A DNA stretch of 55,165 bases from an uncultured Gammaproteobacteria bacterium. GTDB lineage: Bacteria; Patescibacteriota; Microgenomatia; UBA8517. Under the pieces are notes generated by a model, which saw nothing but the letters and a program-made list of their open reading frames with translations, did not search any database and was not told the DNA's origin. Shown here in pieces: positions 34,793 through 44,500 of this stretch. The position numbers were made by a program, and so were the translations under genes. The DNA is taken from positions 1 through 55,165 of the forward strand of contig CAYMZX010000013.1 of assembly GCA_964395115.1 (NCBI GenBank), in the 5' to 3' direction. Within the stretch, counting starts at the first letter, position 1. Each line of letters opens with the position of its first letter.

Positions 34793-35437
34793 CTACCTAA
34801 ATAGAATTATTGGCCATTCCCAAAGGACATGAAGAAATATAGAAGAGAAAACATTTCTCGTCCTCGCAAAAACAAAAGCCGATCCCATTCCAAAGAGAAA
34901 AATTAAAACAAGATAGGCGCCGGCGGCGCCCAATTCCATTTCCCAAACAAAAAAAGTAATCGGAATATGAATTAGGCTCCAACAAATACTGGTCAAAACA
35001 TTAGCCAGCCACTCATTCCCCAACGCCCACCAAAGCCGGTTAAAAAGATATCCCCGGAAAGAAATCTCTTCTGAAAAAGCGGTGGCAAATGATATCCCTA
35101 AAGAAGCCAGTACGGATTTCTCTCCAAGATTGGCCGTAAAGTTTAAGCCGCCATATTTAACAAAATTAATAATTAACCCTTCGATAGTAAAAAGGGCTCC
35201 CAAACCTATTACGAAATAAATAGCCGGAAATAGCTTTTTTCCACTAATGCCAAGGGAAGATATCGTTTGATTCTCTTTTTTTAAAAAGAAAACAACTGGA
35301 GCTAGCCAAATAATGGGTTTAACGAAGAGTTCTTCAACCTCTTCTGGAAGTTTAAAAAGCAGGCGGTAAAGGCCCCAGACGACAAACAGGTAGGCTGCTA
35401 ATATCGTTGCGTGTTTGAGGACAATCTCTTTCTTCAT
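34793..35437 (-). CDS. CPBP-family intramembrane glutamic endopeptidase (CAAX protease-like)
   Basis: Motifs FSEEISFRGYL, SLIH and FLHVLWEW across about 6 TM segments. Confidence 0.8.
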   Translation of the reverse strand: MKKEIVLKHATILAAYLFVVWGLYRLLFKLPEEVEELFVKPIIWLAPVVFFLKKENQTISSLGISGKKLFPAIYFVIGLGALFTIEGLIINFVKYGGLNFTANLGEKSVLASLGISFATAFSEEISFRGYLFNRLWWALGNEWLANVLTSICWSLIHIPITFFVWEMELGAAGAYLVLIFLFGMGSAFVFARTRNVFSSIFLHVLWEWPIILFR

Positions 35438-35929
35438 CTATTTCTTTATTTTGCACTCTGCAAATGCCAAATCTGTGGCGGTAATTATCATTGATAGTTT
35501 GTTTTCTGCCTCTTTGATCGTTATCATATTTTGTTGGTGAGGAAACCAGTGAAAAATTTGATTTCTGGCTTCTTTCCATGTTTGCCACAATTTGTCGGCC
35601 AACGCCGGACCCTGACAATATTCAACAATTTTGTCGTAAACACCTTCTTTGGCTCTTATTCTTTCTTCGAGGGACGGGTTTAGGGCCTTCCCTATCCTAA
35701 AATGTTTACTATTGTACTCATCTTCGGAGATAAATCCTAAGTCCAAAAAAAGCTTTTTTAAGAATCCTTCATACGCTTTTGCAGCAGGAAATACCACGAA
35801 GGAGTAATCACAGAACTTCCCCGACCAGTTAACGGACTTTCTGTTAAGAAATTGGGCCAAAAGAAAAAGTTTTTGCAGGTCTTCCCCAATATAATTCCAC
35901 CAAGCCTTCTCTGGCAAGGAAAAGTCCAT
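35438..35929 (-). CDS. Hypothetical all-helical protein with HEPN-like Rx4H motif
   Basis: KEARNQIFHW contains R-N-x3-H near the C-terminal part of a ~160-aa helical protein. No partner nucleotidyltransferase gene is adjacent. Confidence 0.35.
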   Translation of the reverse strand: MDFSLPEKAWWNYIGEDLQKLFLLAQFLNRKSVNWSGKFCDYSFVVFPAAKAYEGFLKKLFLDLGFISEDEYNSKHFRIGKALNPSLEERIRAKEGVYDKIVEYCQGPALADKLWQTWKEARNQIFHWFPHQQNMITIKEAENKLSMIITATDLAFAECKIKK

Positions 35930-35934
35930 TGAGA

Positions 35935-36543
35935 TTATTTTACTCCAATAGTAGCAGAAATCGTAACTTTCCCTCCCTCTTCGGCAGCAATCCCGACAAA
36001 CCCCTCCGTTTCTCCCTTCTTGAATGTGCTCGTTAAGGAACCTTGTTTTTCGTACGAGCTCACTATTGTCCAGCTCCCATCTTCAAGCCCTTTCTTGTAA
36101 AATTCGGCCACTTTGGCAAAAGGGTCGCCTGTCTCCCAAACGACAGATAGTCCATCCCCATTTTCTCCTTTTGCCGAAAAAGAGCTTACTAGAGTTGCTC
36201 CCGGGTAAATCGGAAAATCTTTAGGGAACCCCTCGGGCAACTTCCCCCCTGATTCAAAGGAGATCTCTTGATTTTCATCCGTTACTGTCACTCTGTTTCC
36301 TTCTTGGCTTATTTCCACTTTCTGGCCAGTAATTTTCGCGATTAATCCTTCTCCTAATCTGCCGGCAATTTTTGGAGAGATAATTCTACCTAGCCCGTAG
36401 AGAACGCTTAAAACTAACAAAACGATAATTACTAACCAAAATTTGTTTGATTTCTCTCCGAGCCCTTCCTTCCCAGGCTCTTCTTTTTCCTTTGTTTTAT
36501 GTTGGTTGGTTCGAATTTCTTTATTCCCCTCGTTTTCTTCCAA
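35935..36543 (-). CDS. Hypothetical membrane-anchored protein
   Basis: Charged N-terminus, one TM helix (FWLVIIVLLVLSVLYGL), then a ~130-aa extracytoplasmic domain. No family recognised. Confidence 0.45.
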   Translation of the reverse strand: MEENEGNKEIRTNQHKTKEKEEPGKEGLGEKSNKFWLVIIVLLVLSVLYGLGRIISPKIAGRLGEGLIAKITGQKVEISQEGNRVTVTDENQEISFESGGKLPEGFPKDFPIYPGATLVSSFSAKGENGDGLSVVWETGDPFAKVAEFYKKGLEDGSWTIVSSYEKQGSLTSTFKKGETEGFVGIAAEEGGKVTISATIGVK

Positions 36544-36628
36544 CTTTTTTCACCCCCAAACTTTTTGCATACTATTATCCTCTTGGTTTTATGTCAAGTC
36601 ATTTTTGGCTATAATTTAGGGCTAGTCA

Positions 36629-38854
36629 ATGAAAAAATTTTTTCTAGGAATACTTAGGCGGCTCGCCAAATCTCTTAAAAAAGAATATACCCGAAAAAAA
36701 ATTATCTTCTTTACAGTTTTGCTGACCTTTTTTTTCTGGCTTTTTTGGGGAGTACCGCTTCCCACCAATCTTTCGTCGGAAAAATACCCCGTCTCCACCA
36801 AGCTTTTTGACCGAAAAGGAAATCTTATTTATGAAATTTATTCCGAAAAAAGAAGAACGCCTATTAAGCTGGACGACCTTCCGAATTATGTCCGAGAGGC
36901 AACTATTTCTATCGAAGACAAAGATTTTTATCGGCACTACGGGTTTTCTTATACAGGAATTGCCAGAAGTATTTATAACATCCTGGTCAAACAAAAGCTG
37001 CAGGGCGGTTCGACACTAACCCAACAATTGGTCAAAAACGTTCTTTTGTCTCCGGAGCGAACAATTAAAAGAAAGGTCAGGGAATTTTTTCTGACTATGA
37101 TCACTGAGGGAGTTTACACCAAAAATCAAATTTTGGAAATGTACCTTAATCAAATTCCTTACGGTTCGACTGCCTACGGTATTGAGGCGGCGGCGGAACT
37201 CTATTTTGGAAAAGCGGCCAAAGATTTAAACCTAGCCGAGGCTGCCCTTTTAGCCGGCCTGCCCCAAAGTCCTACTAAATATTCTCCTTTTGGGGCTCAT
37301 CCCGAACTGGCCAAAATTAGGCAGGAAACCGTTTTGAGAAGGATGGTTGAAGACGGATATATCAGCCAGGAAGAAGCTGACAAAGCCAAAAAAGAAGAGC
37401 TTAAATACGCTGAAGTTCGGCCACCGAGAGCCCCTCATTTTGCTTTATGGATTAAAGAGCAACTGGCAGAAAAATATGGAGAAAAAATCGTGGAGCAGGG
37501 AGGCCTAAGAGTGACTACTACTTTAGATTTGGAACTTCAGGAGTATGCCCAAGAAGCAGTGGCAACCGAAGTGGCAAAGTTGAAAAAGCAAAAGGTTGGA
37601 AACGGGGCAGTAATTGTTACTCGACCCTCAACCGGAGAAATTTTAGCCATGGTCGGCTCCAAGAACTATTTTGCTACTGATGAGGATGGAAAATTTAATG
37701 TTGTTCTATTCGGTAAAAGACAACCTGGTTCATCGATTAAACCTCTTAATTATGCTTTAGCTATTAAAGACAGAAAAATAACGGCGGCGACTGCTTTCGC
37801 TGATGTACCAACCTGTTTTGAAGTCGCTGGCCAACCTGATTATTGTCCATCAAATTACGACAATACCTATCACGGCTTGGTTACCGCAAGGTTTGCTCTT
37901 GGAAATTCTTATAATATCCCTGCGGTCAAGGTGTTGGCACTCAATGGGGTTGAAAATTTCGTCAAGTTTGGCAAAGAAATGGGGCTATCCACCCTTTCGG
38001 ATCCCTCTAATTATGGGCTTTCGCTTACTCTGGGGGGAGGAGAAGTAAAACCAATCGATATGGCCGTGGCTTTTGGGGTATTTGCCAACGAGGGTATTAA
38101 ACAGCCCCTTATCTCGATAATTAAGGTTGAGGACTGGAAAGGCAAGATCTACGAACAAGTGGACTTGGATAAAATTGAGCTTTCGGGAGAAAGAGTGTTG
38201 GAGCCCGAGGTAACTTTTTTAATTTCCCACATACTCCTTGATAACAATGCCAGATCGCAAGCCTTTGGCGAAACCTCCTATTTGAATGTCCGGGGACATC
38301 CGGAGGTTTCGGTAAAGACTGGTACTACCAACGACAGGCGTGACAACTGGGCGGTCGGATATACAAAATATGCGGTGGTCGTTTCTTGGGTAGGCAATAA
38401 TAACTATGAACCCATGAGCGGTGCAATTTCAGGAGTATCGGGGGCATCCCCTATCTGGAATAAAATTATGAAGAAAGTTCTAGACAAAGCCGAAGATAAG
38501 TTTTATTCCGAGAAAGACGGAGGGCATGCTTGGCCATCTCCTCCGGCAGGAATTGTTGGCAGTAACATCTGTGTCACCACCGGTATGCTTCCGCCTGGAG
38601 GAGAGGAAAATCCTGGTTGTCAGACTAGGTTCGAATATTTCTTGAAGGAAACCGTCCCTAAAAACCTTGAAATGGAATTTAGACAAGATATTCCCATCGA
38701 CAAAACCAACGGACAAATGGCCGGCCCGCAAACGGCTCCTGAGTTTATTGAAATTCAAAATCGCCCTGTTTTTATTGACCCCTTAGGAGTCATTTATTGT
38801 TTGGACTGTCCAATCGCTTCAGCCGCGGCGACTGTCCGTTATCCGCCCCGCTAA
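36629..38854 (+). CDS. Class A penicillin-binding protein (GT51 transglycosylase + transpeptidase), copy 1
   Basis: GT51 motifs EDKDFYRHYGF and GGSTLTQQLVKN. Transpeptidase motifs SSIKP, SYN and KTGTT. Confidence 0.9.
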   Translation: MKKFFLGILRRLAKSLKKEYTRKKIIFFTVLLTFFFWLFWGVPLPTNLSSEKYPVSTKLFDRKGNLIYEIYSEKRRTPIKLDDLPNYVREATISIEDKDFYRHYGFSYTGIARSIYNILVKQKLQGGSTLTQQLVKNVLLSPERTIKRKVREFFLTMITEGVYTKNQILEMYLNQIPYGSTAYGIEAAAELYFGKAAKDLNLAEAALLAGLPQSPTKYSPFGAHPELAKIRQETVLRRMVEDGYISQEEADKAKKEELKYAEVRPPRAPHFALWIKEQLAEKYGEKIVEQGGLRVTTTLDLELQEYAQEAVATEVAKLKKQKVGNGAVIVTRPSTGEILAMVGSKNYFATDEDGKFNVVLFGKRQPGSSIKPLNYALAIKDRKITAATAFADVPTCFEVAGQPDYCPSNYDNTYHGLVTARFALGNSYNIPAVKVLALNGVENFVKFGKEMGLSTLSDPSNYGLSLTLGGGEVKPIDMAVAFGVFANEGIKQPLISIIKVEDWKGKIYEQVDLDKIELSGERVLEPEVTFLISHILLDNNARSQAFGETSYLNVRGHPEVSVKTGTTNDRRDNWAVGYTKYAVVVSWVGNNNYEPMSGAISGVSGASPIWNKIMKKVLDKAEDKFYSEKDGGHAWPSPPAGIVGSNICVTTGMLPPGGEENPGCQTRFEYFLKETVPKNLEMEFRQDIPIDKTNGQMAGPQTAPEFIEIQNRPVFIDPLGVIYCLDCPIASAAATVRYPPR

Positions 38855-38883
38855 TCTTTAATTAAATCTGCTAAAATACCTTA

Positions 38884-41274
38884 ATGGCGCGGGGAGCCAG
38901 AAAAAAACCAAATGTATACCTTGCCCTCCAAATAGCAAAGCGGCCTCTCTTTGTTCTTAGCAGGCTCCTCATCCTTGTTGGCAAACCGCTTTATTTTGTT
39001 CTTATTACCATTCTCTTTTTTGCTTATGTTCTAGGCCGCTCTAGCCGTCTTCTTTCTGAACGGTTGTTTAGATTAGTTAAAAAGACTTGGCAAAGAGAAA
39101 GAGCGAGATTTACAAAATTAACTCTTTTTAAGCTTCCGCTGTTGAAAATCATCCTCCCAAAACCAAAAATAAAAATTACTCGACGGGCTAAAATTATCTT
39201 TTTCTTTTTGGTGATTCTCTTACTGGGTTTTGCTTTTTGGTTTCCAATTCTTAAAGACCTCCCTTCGCCCAAAAATCTTTTAACCCGCGATCAGGAAGTC
39301 TCGACAAAAATCTACGATCGAAATGGTGTTCTTCTATATAAAATCTACAAAGAGAAAAATAGAACACCCGTCCCCTTAGAGAAGATCCCTCTTCAAGTAA
39401 GATTGGCCACATTAGCTGCAGAAGATGCGGAATTTTATAACCATCCCGGTTTTTCGATAAGGGGTATTATTAGGGCTATCATCAAAAATTTAAAAAGCGG
39501 CCAGGTCTCTGGCGGGTCTACCATCACTCAACAGTTAGTCAAGAACGCCCTCTTGTCGCCGGAAAAAACCTTAACCCGCAAGATAAGAGAGATCATTCTT
39601 TCGATTGGAACAGAACTTACTTTTTCCAAAGATCAAATTTTGGAAATGTACCTTAATGAGGTCTCGTATGGGGGGACCGCTTATGGGATTCAAGAAGCCT
39701 CAAGGCTCTATTTTGGCAAAGACGTTAACAATCTTTCGCTGGCAGAGGCGGCTTTGCTGGCTGGTTTACCTAAAAGTCCTACCAAGTATTCCCCTTTTGG
39801 GCCCAATCCTGAACTTTCTTTTTCCAGACAAAAAGAAGTCCTTTCTCTCATGCGTATAAATAAATACATTACTCCCCAGCAGGAAGAGGAGGCTGAAAAC
39901 CAAAGATTGTCTTTTGCTCCCAATAAAATTGATATTAAAGCCCCTCATTTTGTTATGTATGTCAGACAAGTTTTGGTGGATAAGTATGGTGAAGAGGTCG
40001 TTGAAAAGGGTGGCCTCGAAGTTACTACTACCCTTGATTATTCAATACAAAAAATGGTCGAGTCGGTAGTAAAGACTGAAATAAACAAACTGTCCCGTTT
40101 GAATGTCAAAAATGGAGCAGCTTTGGTTTTGAACCCAAAAACCGGAGAGATTTTGGCCATGGTTGGATCGAAGGATTATTTCGACTTAAGTAATGATGGG
40201 AATGTAAACGTGACCGTTCGACCAAGACAGCCGGGTTCTTCAATCAAGGTCGTCAATTATTCATATGCTCTTTCTCATGACTATACCCCTGCCACAATTT
40301 TATCTGACACCCCGGTTACCTTTTCTATTCCAGGCCAACCCCCTTATTCCCCAAAAAACTATGACGGAAATTATCGTGGCAATATAAGTCTTAGAAGTGC
40401 TCTGGCAGAAAGCAGGAATATTCCCGCTGTCAAGGTCCTAGCTTCTTATGGTGTTGCCAAGATGGTTGAGCAGGGACAAAAAATGGGAATTACTACTTGG
40501 AATGACCCTGCTAGATTTGGTCTTTCTCTGACTTTGGGAGGAGGGGAAGTAAAATTGATTGATTTAGCGGCGGTTTATGCGACTATAGCCAACTACGGGA
40601 AAAAAGTTGAGTTATTTTCCATTCTCAAAGTTACAAACTATAAAGGAAAGATTCTTGAGGAGTATGAATGCAGGGAAAATAATTTATTAAAAACAACCGA
40701 GGCTTCCGAAGACAAATGCGGGAAACCAGAAGTTCTTGATCCAAGAGTTGCCTATCTTCTTATCGACATCCTAAAAGACAATTCTGCTCGCTCGCCTGCT
40801 TTTGGATCAAACTCTGCCCTGGTCATCCCCGGACATCCAGAGGTGGCCGTCAAGACAGGAACAAGTAACGACCTTAAAGATAATTTAACTTTCGGTTTCA
40901 ACCAAAACTATCTGGTAGCTACTTGGGTTGGTAATAATGACTCTTCCCCTATGGCCAGGGTGGCCTCCGGCATCACTGGCGCTTCTCCGATCTGGAACAA
41001 AATTATGCGCTTTTTACTTGCAGAAGAACCTAGTCAGGAGTGGCCGATTCCTAATGGATTGGTTCAAACTCCAATTTGCAGCCTAACCGGAACTCTTCCT
41101 TGCGGAGGGTGCACTATTAAAATGGAATGGTTCCTAAAGGAAAAAGTTCCCACCAAAGCCTGCTCGCCAGAAACAATCCGGAGAATAAAAGAAACAAAAG
41201 AAAAGGATGGCCAAATTCTGGAGCCCGCCGCCTCCACCGAAAATCCTCTCCGTTTCCCGAGATCTTTCCCTTAA
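38884..41274 (+). CDS. Class A penicillin-binding protein, copy 2
   Basis: AEDAEFYNHPGF, GGSTITQQLVKN, SSIKV, SRN and KTGTS. Same domain order as copy 1, with a longer basic N-terminal region. Confidence 0.9.
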   Translation: MARGARKKPNVYLALQIAKRPLFVLSRLLILVGKPLYFVLITILFFAYVLGRSSRLLSERLFRLVKKTWQRERARFTKLTLFKLPLLKIILPKPKIKITRRAKIIFFFLVILLLGFAFWFPILKDLPSPKNLLTRDQEVSTKIYDRNGVLLYKIYKEKNRTPVPLEKIPLQVRLATLAAEDAEFYNHPGFSIRGIIRAIIKNLKSGQVSGGSTITQQLVKNALLSPEKTLTRKIREIILSIGTELTFSKDQILEMYLNEVSYGGTAYGIQEASRLYFGKDVNNLSLAEAALLAGLPKSPTKYSPFGPNPELSFSRQKEVLSLMRINKYITPQQEEEAENQRLSFAPNKIDIKAPHFVMYVRQVLVDKYGEEVVEKGGLEVTTTLDYSIQKMVESVVKTEINKLSRLNVKNGAALVLNPKTGEILAMVGSKDYFDLSNDGNVNVTVRPRQPGSSIKVVNYSYALSHDYTPATILSDTPVTFSIPGQPPYSPKNYDGNYRGNISLRSALAESRNIPAVKVLASYGVAKMVEQGQKMGITTWNDPARFGLSLTLGGGEVKLIDLAAVYATIANYGKKVELFSILKVTNYKGKILEEYECRENNLLKTTEASEDKCGKPEVLDPRVAYLLIDILKDNSARSPAFGSNSALVIPGHPEVAVKTGTSNDLKDNLTFGFNQNYLVATWVGNNDSSPMARVASGITGASPIWNKIMRFLLAEEPSQEWPIPNGLVQTPICSLTGTLPCGGCTIKMEWFLKEKVPTKACSPETIRRIKETKEKDGQILEPAASTENPLRFPRSFP

Positions 41275-41303
41275 TTGAAATTTCTATACCTTATAAACTA
41301 GAA

Positions 41304-42380
41304 TCAATTTTTGGTTTCGAGATCGTAGAGCTGTTCGGCAATCTTTGGGATCACTTCATCGGCCTCTCCCTCTATGACGCCGTCTGACATGATCACCAAA
41401 ACAAAAGGAGAGGGAGCAAACACTATTCCGGCATCATTAACTGTATGGATTTCCCGTCCATATTTATGGGCAACCTTTACCTCCTTAGGTATTCCGGCCA
41501 CCAACCAATTCTCGTAAGCAGTATTGGTAAGATAGTCCAATATTTCTTCTTGTCCTTTCTTGGAAAGAATCTCTTGATTCCAAAGCTTCTTAAAAAAATT
41601 GCCAATATCTTCGGGGGTAGTCCTATTTTGATCAAGAGAAGTTTTCTCCATCCCTATTTCCGAAATCAACTTGTTTATCTTATCATCTCCAAGTAAACGC
41701 CTGACTATTCCAAAAGCGGTATTGTCGGATTCTTTTCCCATGTAGCGCGCCAGTTCCCGATATGTTACTACCGTTCCCGCTGGTCTTGAGGCCAAGATGC
41801 CAGCCCCAGGAACTTTATCGGTCTGTTTGAGGGTATATTTTGTTTCTAAATCAAGACGTCCTTTTTCTGCTTCCTTGTATAAGGTTGCCAAAACAGGAAG
41901 TTTGATTAGGGAAGCTGCCTGCATTGTCTCTCTCTCGTTAACTCCGTAAGAATATCCTTTTCTCAAATCGATAACCAAGAAGGCGTAAAGGCCAGAGCGA
42001 TTTTTTGTCAACTCCTTAAATTTGTTTTTGGCCTCCTTAATTTTTTCCTGATCCTTGTCGCTCACGTTTTTATCACCGACAATAATTACTTCCTCCCCTA
42101 AAAAATCGGGGAGCGATATCCTCGGCAATCCTGGTAATTTCCAATTTCTGGCCGATACCGCCAACCCGGCCGCTATAATTATTGTTGTTAGGAAAACGAA
42201 GAGCGTCATCAGTCTTTCGCGTCTTCCCCAAGGTTTGATGGGCTCTTTTCTTTTTTTTCGATTTTCGGGTTTTAAGTCTTTAAATTTTCTTGGGTTTGGT
42301 TTTCTCTCGTCTAATTTTTGCAAATCTTCCTCGTCGTAGTCGTACCCTTCGTCTTCTGCGGGTCTATTAAAGATTGGCAT
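41304..42380 (-). CDS. Membrane-anchored serine hydrolase, class A beta-lactamase-like fold
   Basis: Charged cytoplasmic N-terminus and one TM helix. S-x-x-K (ASLIK), SDN (ESDNTA) and a KYG triad-like motif. Confidence 0.65.
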   Translation of the reverse strand: MPIFNRPAEDEGYDYDEEDLQKLDERKPNPRKFKDLKPENRKKRKEPIKPWGRRERLMTLFVFLTTIIIAAGLAVSARNWKLPGLPRISLPDFLGEEVIIVGDKNVSDKDQEKIKEAKNKFKELTKNRSGLYAFLVIDLRKGYSYGVNERETMQAASLIKLPVLATLYKEAEKGRLDLETKYTLKQTDKVPGAGILASRPAGTVVTYRELARYMGKESDNTAFGIVRRLLGDDKINKLISEIGMEKTSLDQNRTTPEDIGNFFKKLWNQEILSKKGQEEILDYLTNTAYENWLVAGIPKEVKVAHKYGREIHTVNDAGIVFAPSPFVLVIMSDGVIEGEADEVIPKIAEQLYDLETKN

Positions 42381-42503
42381 AATGATATTTTACAATACCC
42401 GGAAATTATAACTAATAGATAAAATTTTCTTCGTGTTTAATTTGGGTCTGTGAAAAATTGGGAAGGTCGCTCTTTTATGAAGTGTTTATTTCCTCAAAAA
42501 TTA

Positions 42504-43493
42504 TTATTTTCTCCTTTTTTCCCAAACTTCACTATTGACTATATTGGCCGGTTTTTTCCCAGCCAAAGTATCAAGAATTGCCATTACCGCTTGTTCGCTC
42601 ATCTTTTTTCTTGCATCTTCCGTCGCCGAGGCAATATGGGGAGTCGTTACAGTATTTGGCATCACTAAAATCTCTGGGTCAACGTTTGGCTCGTTTTCAT
42701 AAACATCAAGGGCCACCCCAGCCAAGTGGCCGGATTTTAGAGCATCAACCAAGGCCCTTTCGTCAACAATTTGCCCCCTGGCAGTATTGATGAGAAAACT
42801 TCCTTTTTTCATTTTTGCTAATGTTTCTTTGTTAATCATATGCCGGGTTTCCTCGGTTAAAGGAACATGCAAAGAAACGAAATCGCTTTTGGCTAGCAAA
42901 TCGTCCAGTGGAGCAAAAGTAACTCCCAACTCTTTTTCTGCTTCGGGGTCGGGGTTGTGTTTATTGTAAAGAACGGTCATATTGTAACCCTTAGCCCTTC
43001 TAGCTACCATTGAACCAATTCTCCCCAGCCCTATAATACCAAGGGTTTTGCCAATAATGCTTACCCCAACGAATATATCTGGTTCCCAGCCTCTAAAACC
43101 TCCCCGACGAGTTGCTTCGTCCGCTTCGACTACTCTTCTCGCCAGGGACAAAATTAAAGCCCAAGTGTGTTCCGCTACTGCTTCGTTAACTTCATCGGAG
43201 GGGGTATTGGTCAACACTATTCCCCTATCAGTAGCCGCTTTTACATCAATATTGTCAAAACCGACTGCATAGTTAGAAATTATTTTTAGTTGCGGTCCAG
43301 CGGCATCCATCAGATCTCCGTCAATCCTGTCGGTCAGTAAACAGAGCAATCCTTCAACCCCTTTTATTTTTTCCAATAACTCTTCCGGGAGTAAAGGCCG
43401 ATTAAACTCAGAGATCTCTACTTCGTGTCCTGCTTGACTCAGCTTTTCTAAAAAGCCACCTGGTATTTTTCTAGTAACAAGAACTTTGGCCAT
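42504..43493 (-). CDS. D-isomer-specific 2-hydroxyacid dehydrogenase (glyoxylate/hydroxypyruvate reductase or D-glycerate dehydrogenase-like)
   Basis: NAD motif GIIGLGRIGSMVARRA. Catalytic region with INTARG and TPHIAS. Confidence 0.8.
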   Translation of the reverse strand: MAKVLVTRKIPGGFLEKLSQAGHEVEISEFNRPLLPEELLEKIKGVEGLLCLLTDRIDGDLMDAAGPQLKIISNYAVGFDNIDVKAATDRGIVLTNTPSDEVNEAVAEHTWALILSLARRVVEADEATRRGGFRGWEPDIFVGVSIIGKTLGIIGLGRIGSMVARRAKGYNMTVLYNKHNPDPEAEKELGVTFAPLDDLLAKSDFVSLHVPLTEETRHMINKETLAKMKKGSFLINTARGQIVDERALVDALKSGHLAGVALDVYENEPNVDPEILVMPNTVTTPHIASATEDARKKMSEQAVMAILDTLAGKKPANIVNSEVWEKRRK

Positions 43494-44500
43494 TATAATT
43501 CTCCAACTTTACTGCCTGAACTTTTGTATCTATCTATCCATTCTTGCATTTCTTCTTCTTTTAATAGACCCTTTTGAGGGCCTACATAGCCAATAACCGA
43601 CGCGGAATTAACCGTCCCCCAAACTAAAGCTTCCTCAAGCGACTTACCTTTAATAATAGCAGCTAGACAACCGGAGCCAAAGGCGTCACCGGCACCGGTT
43701 CTCTCATAAGCATCAATCGGAAGGACTTCTGCCCGGAAAAAACTCGCTTTGTTGACCACTCCCGAATCAAAAATATATGAACCATTACTTCCGTCGGTCA
43801 CTATACAAATTTTTGGCCCCAGTTTTGAAAGAGCAATTAAAAGCTCTTTTTCCCGACCGGCGCTGTTCTTTAAGTTGGTTAAAAGCTCTGCTTCCTCTCT
43901 ATTGACAAATATCAAATAGGTTAAGGAAAGAATATCTTTTAATCCTTCGTAACCGGCTTTTAGCTGCCAGCTTCCTGGATTAAAGGCCAATTTAACTGTC
44001 GGGTTCTTTAGAAGCCATTCTATTATATGGTTATAGAAAGGTCTATACGATTCCCCCATAGAAGTAAGATAAACCCAAGGGGTAACTGGCAATTGAACCG
44101 GAAATTCGTAGGAGCGGGGGGCATGATAACTAAAAATTGTTCTTTCCCCCCCATAATTGATAACCACAGAAAAATTAGAAGAGGAAGCCGGTTGTTGTAT
44201 TACATAAGTCAAATCGATACCTTCCTTTTTTAATCCGTCAATGATCTGATTTCCTCCGGCATCATCTCCGAGTGTTAAAACAAGACCAGTCTTTATCCCC
44301 AATCTAGTTGTCCCCACGGCATTATTAGCGGCGTTGCCTCCGACCGAAAATTCGAGATTTCTGACCGGAATCTTCTCTCCATAGGAAAAAGAAATAAAGC
44401 ATTTTTTGCTATTAACCTGGCAGAGAGCTTCACTTTCTGTAGGAATTAAAAAGACATCAATTGAAGCATCGCCGATAGATAATAATTCCAAATTATTCAT
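43493..44500 (-). CDS. PfkB-family carbohydrate/nucleoside kinase
   Basis: GGNAANNA and the C-terminal GAGDAFGSG motif of the ribokinase superfamily. Confidence 0.8.
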   Translation of the reverse strand: MNNLELLSIGDASIDVFLIPTESEALCQVNSKKCFISFSYGEKIPVRNLEFSVGGNAANNAVGTTRLGIKTGLVLTLGDDAGGNQIIDGLKKEGIDLTYVIQQPASSSNFSVVINYGGERTIFSYHAPRSYEFPVQLPVTPWVYLTSMGESYRPFYNHIIEWLLKNPTVKLAFNPGSWQLKAGYEGLKDILSLTYLIFVNREEAELLTNLKNSAGREKELLIALSKLGPKICIVTDGSNGSYIFDSGVVNKASFFRAEVLPIDAYERTGAGDAFGSGCLAAIIKGKSLEEALVWGTVNSASVIGYVGPQKGLLKEEEMQEWIDRYKSSGSKVGEL

